DNA from: an uncultured virus (IMG/VR IMGVR_UViG_3300029258_003428)
Taxonomy: Duplodnaviria; Heunggongvirae; Uroviricota; Caudoviricetes
Reading direction: 5' to 3' (one strand)
Virus record (IMG/VR): IMGVR_UViG_3300029258_003428
DNA: 64,000 bases
The position numbers and the translations under genes were made by a program. The notes below the pieces were generated by a model. That model was not told the DNA's origin, ran no database searches, and saw only the letters and a list, made by a program, of their open reading frames with translations. This document shows positions 18,669-30,226 of the stretch, piece by piece. Numbering within the stretch: position 1 is the first letter of the stretch; the number at the start of each line of letters is the position of its first letter.

Positions 18669-19325
18669 ATGATCACGGTCGGCATAGATGAGGCCGGAGT
18701 AGGTACGTGGGCCGGGCCGATGATCGTGGTCGGAGCGGCTTTTCGAGAGGACACCAAGTTCCCGGAGCTCGTGCGGGACAGTAAGAAGCTGAGCTGTGAC
18801 CAACGCGAGGGCCTGGTGGACGATATCTACGATCTGGCGGAGTGGGTGATCATCAAACGCTTGACGGTGGACTACCTGAACGCTGTGGAGGAGGTCTGGC
18901 CGCAGTGGGACAAGGTGGTACGAGAGATCGTCGCACAGAGTAGGGAGTGGGAGGCGGATGAGATTATTGTGGACGGCCTGCGGATGGTTGATGGGTTGGG
19001 CGGCGTCATATACGAGCCAAAGGCTGACGACACATATCCAGAAGTCTCGGCCGCGAGCGTTGTGGCCAAATACGTACAGACTTGCGCGATGGAAGATCTC
19101 CATCGCGATTATCCGGGGTACGGATTCAATAAACACCACGGCTACGGAACGAAGGAGCACAAAGATCGACTGGAGGAGTTGGGGCCGACAAGAGGTCACC
19201 GCATTTTCTACAAGCCGATCAAGGTCGTGGTGGACAATCTACCAGTTGAAGATCGGCACGAGTTAAGGAGGCTCGCGTTGAAGAAGATTCAGATATATAC
19301 CAGCATCATCGATCACAGGAGGTAA
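18669..19325 (+). CDS. rnhB: ribonuclease HII
   Basis: GIDEAG...AGP, RDSKKL, IVDG, SAASVVAK, YGFNKHHGYGT. Confidence 0.92.
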   Translation: MITVGIDEAGVGTWAGPMIVVGAAFREDTKFPELVRDSKKLSCDQREGLVDDIYDLAEWVIIKRLTVDYLNAVEEVWPQWDKVVREIVAQSREWEADEIIVDGLRMVDGLGGVIYEPKADDTYPEVSAASVVAKYVQTCAMEDLHRDYPGYGFNKHHGYGTKEHKDRLEELGPTRGHRIFYKPIKVVVDNLPVEDRHELRRLALKKIQIYTSIIDHRR

Positions 19326-19545
19326 CCAGGTGAATGTGAAGAAAGAAGAGAAGCGTCTGGCAAAACGGGCGCGGAAGATCGGCTTTGATGTGGTGTGGTC
19401 CCCCGTGAATCAGGCATTCTTCATCAAGGAGATGCTCCCGCACGGGATCTACAAGATCAAAGGCATCAAGAGCGACAAGCAAGGAGTCGAGGAATGCCTC
19501 GAGCAGCTCGAGACCACGTTCAACTAGAGAAGGATCGTGTCGCGT

Positions 19546-19964
19546 TGGCGCAGATCACTGATGAGGTGGAGGAGGAGCTCAAGAGGGAAGAGTTGGTGTG
19601 TGTAGAACGTCCACCGACGCGCCGGTGTGTGTCCTACAACAGGTATCCTCGACCGGAAACACATACGGTATGTATGGTGTGCCACGCTCCATGCTGCACG
19701 AAGATGATTGTGGTGTTGGAGCGTAGTGAGGAGGAAAAGTATCCGGTGGAGTATGTTCGCGACTACAAGAGGCCGCGAGCCCGCGCAAGGCTAAAGAGGA
19801 GATCTGACGGTTCCTGCATCTATTTCAACAAGAAAACTGCTCGGTGTGCGCGTTATGGGTCTCGGCCGCTGGCCTGCAGGCAGTTCTTTTGCGGCCGCGG
19901 TGTCCCTTTTGAGGATAGGGTCTGGTTGGACTTGGGGGGAGAACCGGAGGTGGGGGGTGGGTGA
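19546..19964 (+). CDS. YkgJ/CxxCxxCC-family cysteine-cluster protein (start uncertain)
   Basis: CMVCHAPCC...DGSCIYF...CARYGSRPLACRQF. Confidence 0.7.
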
Positions 19965-22167
19965 TAAAGCAGAGACGATGGTCGCCGAGGTGAAGAGCAT
20001 ACGGTACGAGCGGGGGACGTTTCGTATTGTGAGTGTCGAGACTGAATGTATGCAGCGGGAGACGGTACTCGGTGATATCGAGGGTGTGGCGGTGGACATG
20101 GTATACGAGTTTTCTGGGCAGTGGAAAAAGCACCAGGTATACGGGAGGCAGTTTCGCGCCGTGACCGCGGTACCTGTTCGACCTACCAGCTCCTTCGGCG
20201 TACTAGATTTTTTGGAGCAGTTGCCTCAAATAGGTCCGGAGAGGTCGCTTTTGGTGATGGAGCACTTCGACAACGACTACAAAGAAGTGTTCCGGGTCAT
20301 AGAAGAAGAACCAGAGAAACTCGTTGTGATCAAGGGGATTACCGCCGAGCGCGCAGCGGAGATAAAGATCCAGTTCGAAGTGCTGAAGAAGTTCAAGGAC
20401 GACATCATTCTGTTGAAGGGCCTGGGGGTTACTGACCGCCAATGCCGCATCATCATTGAGCATGCGAAATTTCTTGGTAGAACCATCGAAGAGATCTTGG
20501 AGGAAGACCCGTACCAATTTGTCCGCGTACGTGGTCTGAGCTTCGGGGCGGCAGATAAGATCGCCCTGGGTTACGGGATAGACTCTGACGATCCCAGGAG
20601 AGTGGACGCCGTGTTAGAACACGTTCTCGAGTGTGCGACAACGTCCGGACACTGCTTTTTGGATTACATTCTCCTGCGCTCGGAAACGTTGGACTACGGC
20701 ATTGGTGGTGAGACAGCAGAAGAGGGGATAGAACGTCTTTGGGGTGCTGGTCGGCTGGTAGTGGAGCAGGATCACGTGTACCTTGGCAGGTTGTATAGGA
20801 GTGAGGTCGGAGTCAGTGAGGCCCTTCATCGGCTGTCCTATCAACATGACCTTGATGTGGACGAGGTCATGGAGGAGCGTGTAGAAGGTTGGGCGATCGA
20901 GCTCCACAAAGATCAACTCACTGCGGTCAGGAATGCACTGGTTAACAATGTGTCAATTATCACCGGAGGTCCTGGTACTGGGAAGACCACGTGCTTGCGG
21001 AAGATTGTATCCGCGTTGGGCGGTATAGGCATCCGCAACAACATGGTGTTCTGCTGCGCTCCTACGGGAAAAGCAGCCATCCGAATGAAACAGCAGTCCG
21101 GGATAGACGCTAAGACGATTCACAGGTTGCTGGAGGTAGACGCAGAGACGGGCTCGTTCGTGAAGAACGCTGAAAATCCTTTGTATTGCAGCGCGGTCAT
21201 TGTGGATGAGGCATCCATGGTAGACATTGGGTTGATGGCGTCTCTCCTGAGGGCGATGAGTAGCAACACGCGGTTGATCTTGATCGGAGACGTAGACCAG
21301 CTTCCGGCCGTCGGCCCAGGAAACGTTTTGAACGATTTGATCTCTTCCGGGAAGATTGAAACAACGCGACTGACAAAGGTGTTTAGGCAGTCCGAGCATT
21401 CTTGGATCTCCGAGAACGCCTCCGCGATCAAGAACGGAGAAATGCCAAACCTGGACGATGATGACAGCGAGGACTTCTTCTTCAAGGAATGTAACTCGGC
21501 CGCGGATATACCGGACGTCATGGTGGATTTGGTCGGCGAGCTGCGGTCTTCTGGGGTTCTGAAGGACGACATTCAGGTGTTGTGTCCGCAGAAAAAGAAA
21601 GTGATCGGCACAGAGAACTTGAACGAGTTGTTTCAGGAGACGTTTAATCCTCATGAGGACGATAAGCCGTGGTGGTACGCGGCGCAGGGGCGTATCTACT
21701 TGAGGGACAGAGTCATCCACACCATCAACAACTATCAGCTGATGGTGATGAATGGGGAGATTGGGTCTGTGCGGCTGAAGGATGGGGGACTGGACCTTGG
21801 GTACCTACAGGTGGACTACGGAGACAGGAACGTTGATTATGATGTGCTCAACCTTTACGAACTAAGGTTGGCCTACGCCTTGACGGTGCACAAGAGTCAG
21901 GGCAGCGAATACCCGATAGTGATCGTTCCCGTACACGAGCTGAACAAGTTCATGCTGACTCGTAAGTTGTTGTACACGGCAGTTACTAGAGGGAAGGAAC
22001 GAGTCTACCTCATCGGGCAACGGTCTGCCGTGCGGGCCGCGGTACAGAACAACCGCGATGAGTTAAGAAACACCGACCTGATGCGTAGGGTGCTTGACAT
22101 CTTCGATCGTGGGTCCGAAGAGCAGGAAAAACCCGATAACACTCAAAAAGAGGAGGTACCGGAATGA
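19957..22167 (+). CDS. recD2: RecD2-like SF1B DNA helicase
   Basis: N-terminal HhH (QLPQIG, VIKGI), GGPGTGKTT, APTGKAA, VDEASM, GDVDQL, FRQ, YALTVHKSQGSEY, LYTAVTRGK. Confidence 0.92.
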   Translation: MGDKAETMVAEVKSIRYERGTFRIVSVETECMQRETVLGDIEGVAVDMVYEFSGQWKKHQVYGRQFRAVTAVPVRPTSSFGVLDFLEQLPQIGPERSLLVMEHFDNDYKEVFRVIEEEPEKLVVIKGITAERAAEIKIQFEVLKKFKDDIILLKGLGVTDRQCRIIIEHAKFLGRTIEEILEEDPYQFVRVRGLSFGAADKIALGYGIDSDDPRRVDAVLEHVLECATTSGHCFLDYILLRSETLDYGIGGETAEEGIERLWGAGRLVVEQDHVYLGRLYRSEVGVSEALHRLSYQHDLDVDEVMEERVEGWAIELHKDQLTAVRNALVNNVSIITGGPGTGKTTCLRKIVSALGGIGIRNNMVFCCAPTGKAAIRMKQQSGIDAKTIHRLLEVDAETGSFVKNAENPLYCSAVIVDEASMVDIGLMASLLRAMSSNTRLILIGDVDQLPAVGPGNVLNDLISSGKIETTRLTKVFRQSEHSWISENASAIKNGEMPNLDDDDSEDFFFKECNSAADIPDVMVDLVGELRSSGVLKDDIQVLCPQKKKVIGTENLNELFQETFNPHEDDKPWWYAAQGRIYLRDRVIHTINNYQLMVMNGEIGSVRLKDGGLDLGYLQVDYGDRNVDYDVLNLYELRLAYALTVHKSQGSEYPIVIVPVHELNKFMLTRKLLYTAVTRGKERVYLIGQRSAVRAAVQNNRDELRNTDLMRRVLDIFDRGSEEQEKPDNTQKEEVPE

Positions 22168-23082
22168 GCGGATACATGTATTGCACGTGCCGGGATTGCT
22201 TTGAACTGATCGTGGGCGAGGAGGGGGATTACTGCGACGATTGCATCGAGGCGGGGTGTCCGGACTACCAAGGCCAGAAGGGGATGAGTCAGGAGTGTCA
22301 GGGCAAGCACGCGTACGGCACACCGTGCGGAGACCCGAGCTGCTGTCCGCCGGAGGACTACGAGGAGGTGACTGATGAAGCGAGATCCTGATTTGTCTGA
22401 GGAGAGAAACTTCCGTTCGAGGAAGGACCCGATTGGGGGGAGGTTCCTCGGCGGAACCGCAGACTATACGATCACCATGAAGGTCTACGTTCGCTCGGCG
22501 ATAGGTCAGGAGGTCCCAGACCAGAGGACGGTGGAGAACAAGATCACCAGCTTGCTACTGGCCCAGCCGCGGCTGGACGAGGGAGCGTTCTGGGATGTTG
22601 CCGCAACTTCCATTCCGGGCTCTGGAACAGAGTAGGGTGGCCGGGAAGTCCCACTACTGGCGCAGCGTGGTGTGTGAGGGGTGTGAGAGGCGCTGCCGCT
22701 ACAGGGACTTCAGGGTATTTGATCGGAACGGTTTTGCGGACACGAAAGCATCACTCTGGAAAGATGACCCTGACCCGTCCACCTGGCGCTACAAGCGTCG
22801 GGGGACGGTGTTGGGGATCATGCATGAAGAGAAACGACAAATGTGGGAGAGCATGATAGCAAGCTGCCCACACAGGAAGAGAGATGAATGAAGAAGAAAA
22901 GGAAGAAGGGCAAGCCGCCGAAGGACAGGCAGAAGCCGGAGAAGATCAAGTCTGTATGGTATCACGCGAATGGAGATGCAGCGGTGGATCCGCGACATAT
23001 CGAGGTGGAGTTACGAGGACCTCTTGGAGATCCAAAAGGGGTTGCAAGAGGAGGCCCGGGAGGCGATGATCTCTTTGGATAA
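22164..23082 (+). other. cluster of four small hypothetical genes, two Cys-rich
   Basis: Overlapping start/stop ORFs 22164-22391, 22375-22635, about 22637-22891 and 22888-23082. Confidence 0.5.
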
Positions 23083-23096
23083 TCAGGAGAAGAAGG

Positions 23097-23693
23097 ATGG
23101 CGATGAAGGTAACGTATAGATTCGGAGGATATGCGATCCAGGCCGAGACCGGAAGTCTGCTGGCGTTGCTGTGCAGCCAGCTGAGGGTGGAGTTTCCAGA
23201 TCTGGTGATGCGGCGGAAGCGGGATGTGTGGTACCAATACATCGCCCACGTCTTCATCGTGATCTTCACCCTCGGCTTCAATCGAAGGTACTTCGAGTAC
23301 ACGACGACCGGACCAAACGTCATCGACATCTCAGATACGGCGCATGCTCGTATTTGTGCAGGATCTCATTCGGACAGAATCTGGGAGCTGCTGATGCATG
23401 AACGGGTTCACCTGCGGCAGTTCAGAGACCGCGGAAAAGCGGTGATGGTGCTGGACTGGTTGTTCCCGCCGACTATCAGGTGTTACGGCCGGGCCAAGCG
23501 TATCGAGCTGCCAGCGTACCTGGTATCTTTGCAGTGCAAGTTCAGGACGGATAGGGAGTGGGCGGAGAGCAAGGAGTATAGAGAGTGGTGGATCGGCCAG
23601 TTCACCGGGCCGGGGTACGGGTGGTCTTGGACGAAGAGATCTGATGTGGAGAAGTGGTTTGACGACGAGCTAAAACAATTACAAGGAGATTAG
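23097..23693 (+). CDS. HExxH zinc-metallopeptidase-like protein
   Basis: LLMHERVHLRQ followed by IELPAY. Confidence 0.55.
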   Translation: MAMKVTYRFGGYAIQAETGSLLALLCSQLRVEFPDLVMRRKRDVWYQYIAHVFIVIFTLGFNRRYFEYTTTGPNVIDISDTAHARICAGSHSDRIWELLMHERVHLRQFRDRGKAVMVLDWLFPPTIRCYGRAKRIELPAYLVSLQCKFRTDREWAESKEYREWWIGQFTGPGYGWSWTKRSDVEKWFDDELKQLQGD

Positions 23694-23694
23694 A

Positions 23695-23904
23695 GTGGAC
23701 CTACCGAGAGACAAGCTGTACTTCTTCGAGGGCTTCATCAAGAAGGAAGCGCCTTCTGGGAAAGCGTTTCTGCTAGAGGTTGAGGGGGTCGAAGTTTGGG
23801 TTCCCAAGGCTTGCATCGACGACAAGAGCGAGGCGTATGAGGAAGGAGACGAAGGAGAGATCGCAATCCCGCTAGATATGGCAGAGGAGAAAGGACTGGT
23901 GTAA
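23695..23904 (+). CDS. small acidic beta-barrel-type protein
   Basis: KAFLL...EVWVPKACI...IAIPLDMAEEKGL pattern common in phage small proteins. Confidence 0.55.
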   Translation: MDLPRDKLYFFEGFIKKEAPSGKAFLLEVEGVEVWVPKACIDDKSEAYEEGDEGEIAIPLDMAEEKGLV

Positions 23905-24194
23905 TGGATCAAGAAAATGTGAGGGTGACTCCGCAGGCGCTGGGGGCGTTGGTGTGGATGGGTTCCGTGGCGAAGGAGGTGACGGCTGAGTGGTTGGCGA
24001 AGAAGATGGAGATCGAAGTCGGGGATGTTATCAGCACACTCGACAGAATGGAGCGGGCCGGCGTTGTGGAGGACGTGGACGCGGAGCGTTTCTATCTGAC
24101 TGATGGCGGGTGTGGGCTCTACGATGCGATATACAGTTCTGTGGTCGCGGTGAGTGAAGACAAGGAGTTGATGGGGGAGTCCGATGCTGAATAG
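23904..24194 (+). CDS. winged-helix protein
   Basis: TAEWLAKKM...VISTLDRMERAGVVE...FYLTDGG. Confidence 0.55.
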   Translation: MDQENVRVTPQALGALVWMGSVAKEVTAEWLAKKMEIEVGDVISTLDRMERAGVVEDVDAERFYLTDGGCGLYDAIYSSVVAVSEDKELMGESDAE

Positions 24195-24414
24195 CTACAA
24201 CCGCGTAAAGGTCTTCAGCGCGACCAAGGCTAGAGATCGAGAAGAGCTGGGAGAGAGGGTGACAGAGTGGATGGCCGACTACGATGGGGAGGTTGTGGAC
24301 ACGGTGATTACGCAGTCCTCCGATAGGGAGTTCCACTGCTTCACCATCACGCTGTTCTGCACAGAAGATCCTAATCCACAGCCAAAGCGGAAGAGGAGGA
24401 GAAATGGTGGATAG
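24184..24414 (+). CDS. small conserved protein of a Myxococcales-type family
   Basis: VKVFSATKARDREELGERVTEW...TQSSDREFHCFTITLF, recalled from myxobacterial genomes. Confidence 0.6.
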   Translation: MLNSYNRVKVFSATKARDREELGERVTEWMADYDGEVVDTVITQSSDREFHCFTITLFCTEDPNPQPKRKRRRNGG

Positions 24415-25962
24415 CCCTCTCCAACACGTAGCGATCCAGACAACTCTCGGAGCGTTCTACGTCTTCCCAGATCTTACGGCGGAGATGGTGGTGGAGCTGC
24501 GACAGCACCTCGAGGCAAAGACCGACAATGTTGTGGTCCGCAATATCAGCGGCGCAGCGATGACGGTTCCGCGGAAGATCATTGAGTTGGTTGGCACTCT
24601 CTACGATGGGCCGGAGATACAACCAGCGCACCCGACACACCCCGCCCCCGGGGTTGTGGTGTTCTGGAGAAAGCAGTGAAAAAGAAGAAGACACCGCCGG
24701 GCCGGTTCTTGATCAAGAGGCTTGATGCCATTCCCCCAGACGGCGGGCTCGATCTGACCAAGAAGCTGGTCAAGAACTTTTTGGCGATCAATGTGAAGTA
24801 TGCTGGCGACCTGAAACAGCTCGCCGAGCGGTACGGGCTGCACTATCTTCGGTCCAAGAGAATGCGCAAGGCGGAGCTCGTGCAATGGATCGCCGATCAT
24901 CATCCGGCAGTGCGGATGCTGGAGGGAAAGTACATGATCGGCGTCGATTGGGGTAGTCGGGAGGACCTGTCGGCGTGTGTGGTTTACAAAATGGGGCCGG
25001 AGGGGGGACTGAGACTCGTTGCCATCAAGGAGGACAAGCGATGGACGAATATGATAGCGCAGCAGGAAGAGACAAGGAGTACGACGAAGCCTTGAACGAG
25101 AAGGCTCGGGGGATGCGGGGCAGGGATGGGGCGGACGTGCCGCCTTTCATGCGTGAGCGCGTGGCCTTCCTGAAGAAGATCCGGAACTCCCGGTTCCGCT
25201 GGCGGCCCTCTACCTACGGTTATGATCCGAACAAGTACAGCCCTGAGGTCGTGGAGGAGTTCGTGGGTGCTGTGGAGGAGACCCTGCCACCGGGTGCGTT
25301 CATGGCGCTGTTTGTGATCTTGGCCACCGGCCACGAGCCGATGCTGGGGTCGTTCGACGGGAGGGTGCAGAACGATATGAGATCGTTTTACGGGTTCTGG
25401 TTGGGGGTGAATGGGCGGACCAGGTCAAATATCCTCGACAAGATGCGGATCCGTTTGTATGAGGAGCAGCACAAGAAGTACGTCGAGGCCTTCCATAAGA
25501 AGGCCAGGGCGGAGGAGGCATCTGGAAAATGATCTTCAATATCGGAGACCCGGTGTGGAACGCGGCCCTGGTAGAGAAGCTGGTCTATGTTTCTCACGAA
25601 GAGGCATCACATGCGCTCCAGCTCTACACAGAGGACGTGAAGGATGACATTGCGGCGAGGAAGGTGATGGGGGCCCTGCCAGCTCGGGTGCGCATCCAGG
25701 AGAAGAATCTTTCGTCTTTGGCGGAGTTCTTTGTGCTTCAGACGTTCTTTCATCACCAGAAGCATTTGCAAGATCGGTGGGGCAATAGGCGAGTGATTTG
25801 GATCACAATGCAGGACGCACATGGAGAACCGGAGGAGTACGCACGGAGGGCCCACTTCTTGTTGTGGTCTGAGGAGGAGGATATGTTCAAGGGTGCGGAG
25901 TTGAAGCTGGAGAACGGAGTTGTCATCACCTTTGATCATCAACCGGGGGCGGAGGGAAGCAA

Positions 25963-26493
25963 ATGAGCTTTGTAGAAGAGTTTGGAAAGATCGTAATCAT
26001 CTTGCGGGCCCCACCAGGGGCCGGCAAGACGACATTTGCCTCGTTTCTACGCGAAATGATCAAGCACACGCAGATCACCACGACATATGTCTCGATGGAT
26101 GCCATCAGGGAATCAGAAGGGAGGAAGTTTTCCTACACCAACCTGCAGGAAGACGTACGGAAGATGGATAGAATGTTCGATGCGGCGGTGGAGGGCGGGA
26201 TCAACATCATCATTCTGGACAATACTCACTCTCGAGAGTGGGAGTACGCCCGAAAGAAGGACAAGGCCGAGAGGTACGGCTACACGGTCTTCCTCATCGA
26301 GGTCCAGTCGGACTTCTGGACTTGCCTGCGACGGCAGAAGCACGGAGTCCCGTTCTACAAGATGCAGGAGATGTTCGATCGGTGGGAGTCACCAATTCGT
26401 CGTGGGAAAGATCGAATCAAGGACATGGAAGCTGAGTTAAACAACATCATAGAGGCATTCAAGCCTTCTACCAAATCGATGGAGAGCGACTGA
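25963..26493 (+). CDS. P-loop kinase (AAA_33 / N4BP2-like polynucleotide kinase family)
   Basis: LRAPPGAGKTT, IIILDNTHSREWE, RQKHGVP. Confidence 0.75.
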   Translation: MSFVEEFGKIVIILRAPPGAGKTTFASFLREMIKHTQITTTYVSMDAIRESEGRKFSYTNLQEDVRKMDRMFDAAVEGGINIIILDNTHSREWEYARKKDKAERYGYTVFLIEVQSDFWTCLRRQKHGVPFYKMQEMFDRWESPIRRGKDRIKDMEAELNNIIEAFKPSTKSMESD

Positions 26494-27215
26494 TGAAGAC
26501 GATCGATGTGAAAGATGCTCGAGCAATCCTGGACGCGATGAAGCAGGCCCAGGAGGCCAAGGGGGGAGAGAAGGACAAGAAGAAGACCACAATGCCGACG
26601 AAGGAAGAGATCGAGGTGGCGGTGGCGTCCGTGGTGCTCGAGGAGCAGAAGACGTGGCCGGAGTGGATCGTCGAGATCATCGGTGGTTGGACGCCCAGCA
26701 AGGCGTCATTTTCCAAGGGCGTGCCGTACGTCATTGGCGCGTACATGCACCACGCGTTGGAGCGACTACGTGAAGAGACACACAAGAAGGTTCGGGAAAC
26801 GGAGCTGGAATCGGTGAGGGAGATGGGGTCGGTCAGCATCGAGTTGAAGGAGAGGGAGGAGATGTTCAAGCAGTCGACGGCTGATACCATCTCCGATCTC
26901 GAGAAGGAGAGGAACAGCAAGCTCAAGCAGCTAGATAATCTGAGGGCTGAGATCCACGAGGAGTACAACGAGCTTTTCAAGGCTCTTCGCGAAGTTGATC
27001 CCCCGGACGACATCCTAGAGCTGCGAGAGAAGAGGAAGTTCATCGAGAAGGAGTACGACGCCGCGGTGGACGAACTGGAGCTGGAGTACAAGGAGTTGAA
27101 GGAGCAGATCATAGCCATTGACGAGGCGAAGGAGAACTGGAACTCTAAGGGACGCAAGAAGAAGCGCAAAGCCGAGAAGGAAGAAGCTGGCGAGCAGGCC
27201 AAGCAGCAGGTATAA
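26493..27215 (+). CDS. coiled-coil protein
   Basis: E/K-rich heptads. Confidence 0.6.
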   Translation: MKTIDVKDARAILDAMKQAQEAKGGEKDKKKTTMPTKEEIEVAVASVVLEEQKTWPEWIVEIIGGWTPSKASFSKGVPYVIGAYMHHALERLREETHKKVRETELESVREMGSVSIELKEREEMFKQSTADTISDLEKERNSKLKQLDNLRAEIHEEYNELFKALREVDPPDDILELREKRKFIEKEYDAAVDELELEYKELKEQIIAIDEAKENWNSKGRKKKRKAEKEEAGEQAKQQV

Positions 27216-27223
27216 TCCGCCGC

Positions 27224-27622
27224 ATGGAGAAGCTCAGCTACGATGATCCCAAGCGTCCCAAGATCTTGGCACTGGACCTTGATGGGACGTTGTTGCACTA
27301 CGACGGGTACTCCCCGGACATGTTCGGGGAGCCCGTTCGTGGCATGGCCCGCGAACTCGAGCGGATTCGAGATGAAGGATGGAAGATCGTAATCTGGACG
27401 TGTCGAAAGGACACCCCAGAGCTGAGGAAGCACCTGAAGGACAATGAGGTGCCGTTCGATTACATTAACGATCATCCCTGGAACGGGCCGGACGACCCTC
27501 GGAAGATTCATGCTGACGTCTACGCAGACGATAAGGGATTGTCCTTCACTGGAATCGCGGATGGCTTCGCAGATCGTGTGCTACATCACCAGCCGTGGTG
27601 GCAGCAGGCCGCGTGGCTGTAG
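27224..27622 (+). CDS. HAD-superfamily phosphatase
   Basis: LDLDGTL, IWTCR, RKIHADVYADDK. Confidence 0.8.
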   Translation: MEKLSYDDPKRPKILALDLDGTLLHYDGYSPDMFGEPVRGMARELERIRDEGWKIVIWTCRKDTPELRKHLKDNEVPFDYINDHPWNGPDDPRKIHADVYADDKGLSFTGIADGFADRVLHHQPWWQQAAWL

Positions 27623-27935
27623 CGCACGATTTTAGGTGGGATATGGAACTGTTCAAGGAGCACGTCTTGGGGGATGACCTGTACGGTGTAGCGTTCGCAC
27701 CGACGTCGTTTTTCGTTCTCAACTGGATGGCTGGTCTGGTTGAGATCCACGATATTATTTGGCTGCCGAGGAAGCAGGCGATGTTCTTCGTCGTCAGCAG
27801 CAAGGACAAGTCCGGCATCCTGTTCAAATCGGGGCTAATCAGCGGGACAAAGATCGGGGGCTTCAAGCCGTCGAAGCAGTCCATCATGGTCGAGTGGCCG
27901 AGGGGCCACCACATACTAGGAATCGGAGGTAACTG

Positions 27936-28349
27936 ATGTGGACCATTCTCAGGGCCGTAACAGGGGAGAAGTTTCTCTGCAAGACAGAGGCAAACCTTCA
28001 GCAAGCAGCCATCGAGCGCAAGCCTGTCATGATCACGGAGGTGTACGAGGTCCTCTCGTTGAACATGAACATGCCGGGTGGGCTCATGAAGCGCTTGACT
28101 CGGATCACCTTCATGGATTTTCAGGAGCGGGGACCGCTGCCAAAGATGTTCGTGGTCCCGGCGGGGTGGTACGAGCCAGACCAGGCCTTCATCGAGGCCC
28201 AGCTTCAGCAGATGAAACGCGACATGGAGCAGGCCGCAGAGCAGGAGAAGAAGATCATGGAGGAGATCCAGCGCCAGCAGTCTCCTCTTGCTCAAGTGCA
28301 CATGGTGCCGAAGATGAGTCCGGTCGACCCAAGGATGCGTCGCCGGTAG
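27936..28349 (+). CDS. hypothetical protein
   Basis: GGAGG RBS. Confidence 0.6.
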   Translation: MWTILRAVTGEKFLCKTEANLQQAAIERKPVMITEVYEVLSLNMNMPGGLMKRLTRITFMDFQERGPLPKMFVVPAGWYEPDQAFIEAQLQQMKRDMEQAAEQEKKIMEEIQRQQSPLAQVHMVPKMSPVDPRMRRR

Positions 28350-28652
28350 AACTCCGCCCAGGCTTCGGCCTGTGCATGAATTGCAACAACCCAACGAAGG
28401 GCAGATACAACTACCGAGGTGTCATTGTCTGCTCTCACTGTTTCTCGCTCGCCCAGATGTGCGACAGGCGGGCGGTGAAGCAGGTGCGTGATTTACTCGC
28501 TGTCTATCGCGAGTCTCTTCGTGTGTCGCTCGCCAGCGGCAAGCTGCGCCCGTCCTCTCAGATCCCAGACAAGGACACTAAGGTGTCCAAGCTCCCGCCT
28601 CAGGAGGAGCTTCGGCGCGTGCTTCAGGGCCTCGCCGATATCAAAAAGCGAT

Positions 28653-28681
28653 CCGAATAGATCGTCCGTTCTCGGTATAAG
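28653..28681 (+). promoter_or_regulatory. CCGAAT-N15-GGTATAAG promoter-like motif
   Basis: About 35 bp upstream of ATG 28716, which has an AAAGGAGG RBS. Confidence 0.65.
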
Positions 28682-28715
28682 CTCTTTAAGAGACAATTTC
28701 AAAGGAGGACTTACA

Positions 28716-29210
28716 ATGTGTGCAGAGTTTTCTCTAATTTGTCCTCGGTGCTCAGCACCGCCCGAGGATGCTCGTTTGGCTGTTGTATCTGGGAGGTTTA
28801 GTGCTCGGAGTATGCCTTTAAACGATGACGGATTCAGTCCCACGGACGCGAGGGGCTTCGATACCGATGATGAGGTGGTGCACTGCTCGATGTGTGATAG
28901 CCGGTTTCCTATCGGGGAATGCCTTATAGGTAATCACCTCGTTCATGCGGAAGAGTTGGAGATCTGGGGAATGGCGGATATGGGTGACGGGCGGCTGACA
29001 GCGACCACGGAGATCTTGGGCACTAATATGCACGTCACCTTCATCCGTGTGGAGAAGAACAGCAACCACATCCAGATCGCTAAACATCCGATTGCACAGA
29101 ACATGTATACGCATCTGTGCATGATGGATCCCGGAGGTCCCTTCCGGACGGTGCAGCTGGCTGATCGGGACGGAGAGTGGGTTATGATCATCACACCGTT
29201 TCAGGAGTAG
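28716..29210 (+). CDS. hypothetical protein with Zn-ribbon motifs
   Basis: CPRC...CSMC; strong RBS. Confidence 0.6.
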   Translation: MCAEFSLICPRCSAPPEDARLAVVSGRFSARSMPLNDDGFSPTDARGFDTDDEVVHCSMCDSRFPIGECLIGNHLVHAEELEIWGMADMGDGRLTATTEILGTNMHVTFIRVEKNSNHIQIAKHPIAQNMYTHLCMMDPGGPFRTVQLADRDGEWVMIITPFQE

Positions 29211-29214
29211 CACG

Positions 29215-29697
29215 ATGGCTAACAACTACATGCAGTTCAGCGAGAAGATCGACGGTTTGACGCCGGAGGCGGCAGAGTGGGTCGAGACCGTTCTGGGATT
29301 CCGGGATGACTACGAGGATGAGGAAGCGGCCAAGGCCGCACTGGCCGACTTGTTGGGGGTGGAAAAGGAGGAGCTGGCGGAGCTGGTGGACCTCGACATG
29401 GACTTTTGGCCTAACTTCGATTGGCAGGTGGAGGGAGCAAAGAAGAGCTCGTTGTGGCTCACGGACAATGGCGAGAGCTTCGGATTCGACGAGCTCGTGC
29501 TGTTCGTTCACGCGCTGATCAAGAAGTGGATGCCTGACCACATCTTCACGATGACGTGGGCCGGCACCTGCTCCAAGCCCCGGCTTGGGGAGTTCGGAGG
29601 GGGTTGGGCGGTGGTGACCAAGGATGTGGTGGACTACGAGGACACCTGGGCGGAGGTCAACGCCAGGGTCAAGAAGTACCAGAAAGAGGGAGCATGA
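29215..29697 (+). CDS. conserved acidic hypothetical protein
   Basis: MANNYMQFS...WAGTCSKPRLGEFGGG motif; AGGAG RBS. Confidence 0.65.
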   Translation: MANNYMQFSEKIDGLTPEAAEWVETVLGFRDDYEDEEAAKAALADLLGVEKEELAELVDLDMDFWPNFDWQVEGAKKSSLWLTDNGESFGFDELVLFVHALIKKWMPDHIFTMTWAGTCSKPRLGEFGGGWAVVTKDVVDYEDTWAEVNARVKKYQKEGA

Positions 29698-30226
29698 GAT
29701 GATCGAGGCATTCAAGCCGGGAACGAGGGTACGGTTTGTTCTTTCACCTGGCATGGGGGGAGGTCTGGGGGGCAGGGCGAAGATCTCTGATAAGATCCCT
29801 ACTGGGAAGTGGGACTGGAAGATTCCAGGATATTGGGGTGAGGGATTCTACTTGGTGGAGTCGGTGCCGGAGCAGCGGAAGATGCTGGTCAACGAAGACG
29901 ATCTGGTGCTGGACGTCAACTTGGGCACGTCGGAGCCCAACCACTGCCGTTGGGGCACGAGGCACTTGTTCAGGCAGGGGATTTGTATCAGCCACGTGGC
30001 TGTAGGTGGTGTACTAGATCATGAAGACGGGAAGTTCGAGGTGTACTTGGCGGGGAACCCAAAGTCCACACACATCGGCACAGCTCCTACGATGGACAGA
30101 GCGAAGGTGACGGCATTGAGGTTCTTCACCAAGTATCCAGAGTTGGTGATCAAAGACCACGATGAGATGGACTGGAAGAAGTTTTGGTCGACCAAGAAAT
30201 CCTTGCAAGGACAAGAGGAGGAGTAG

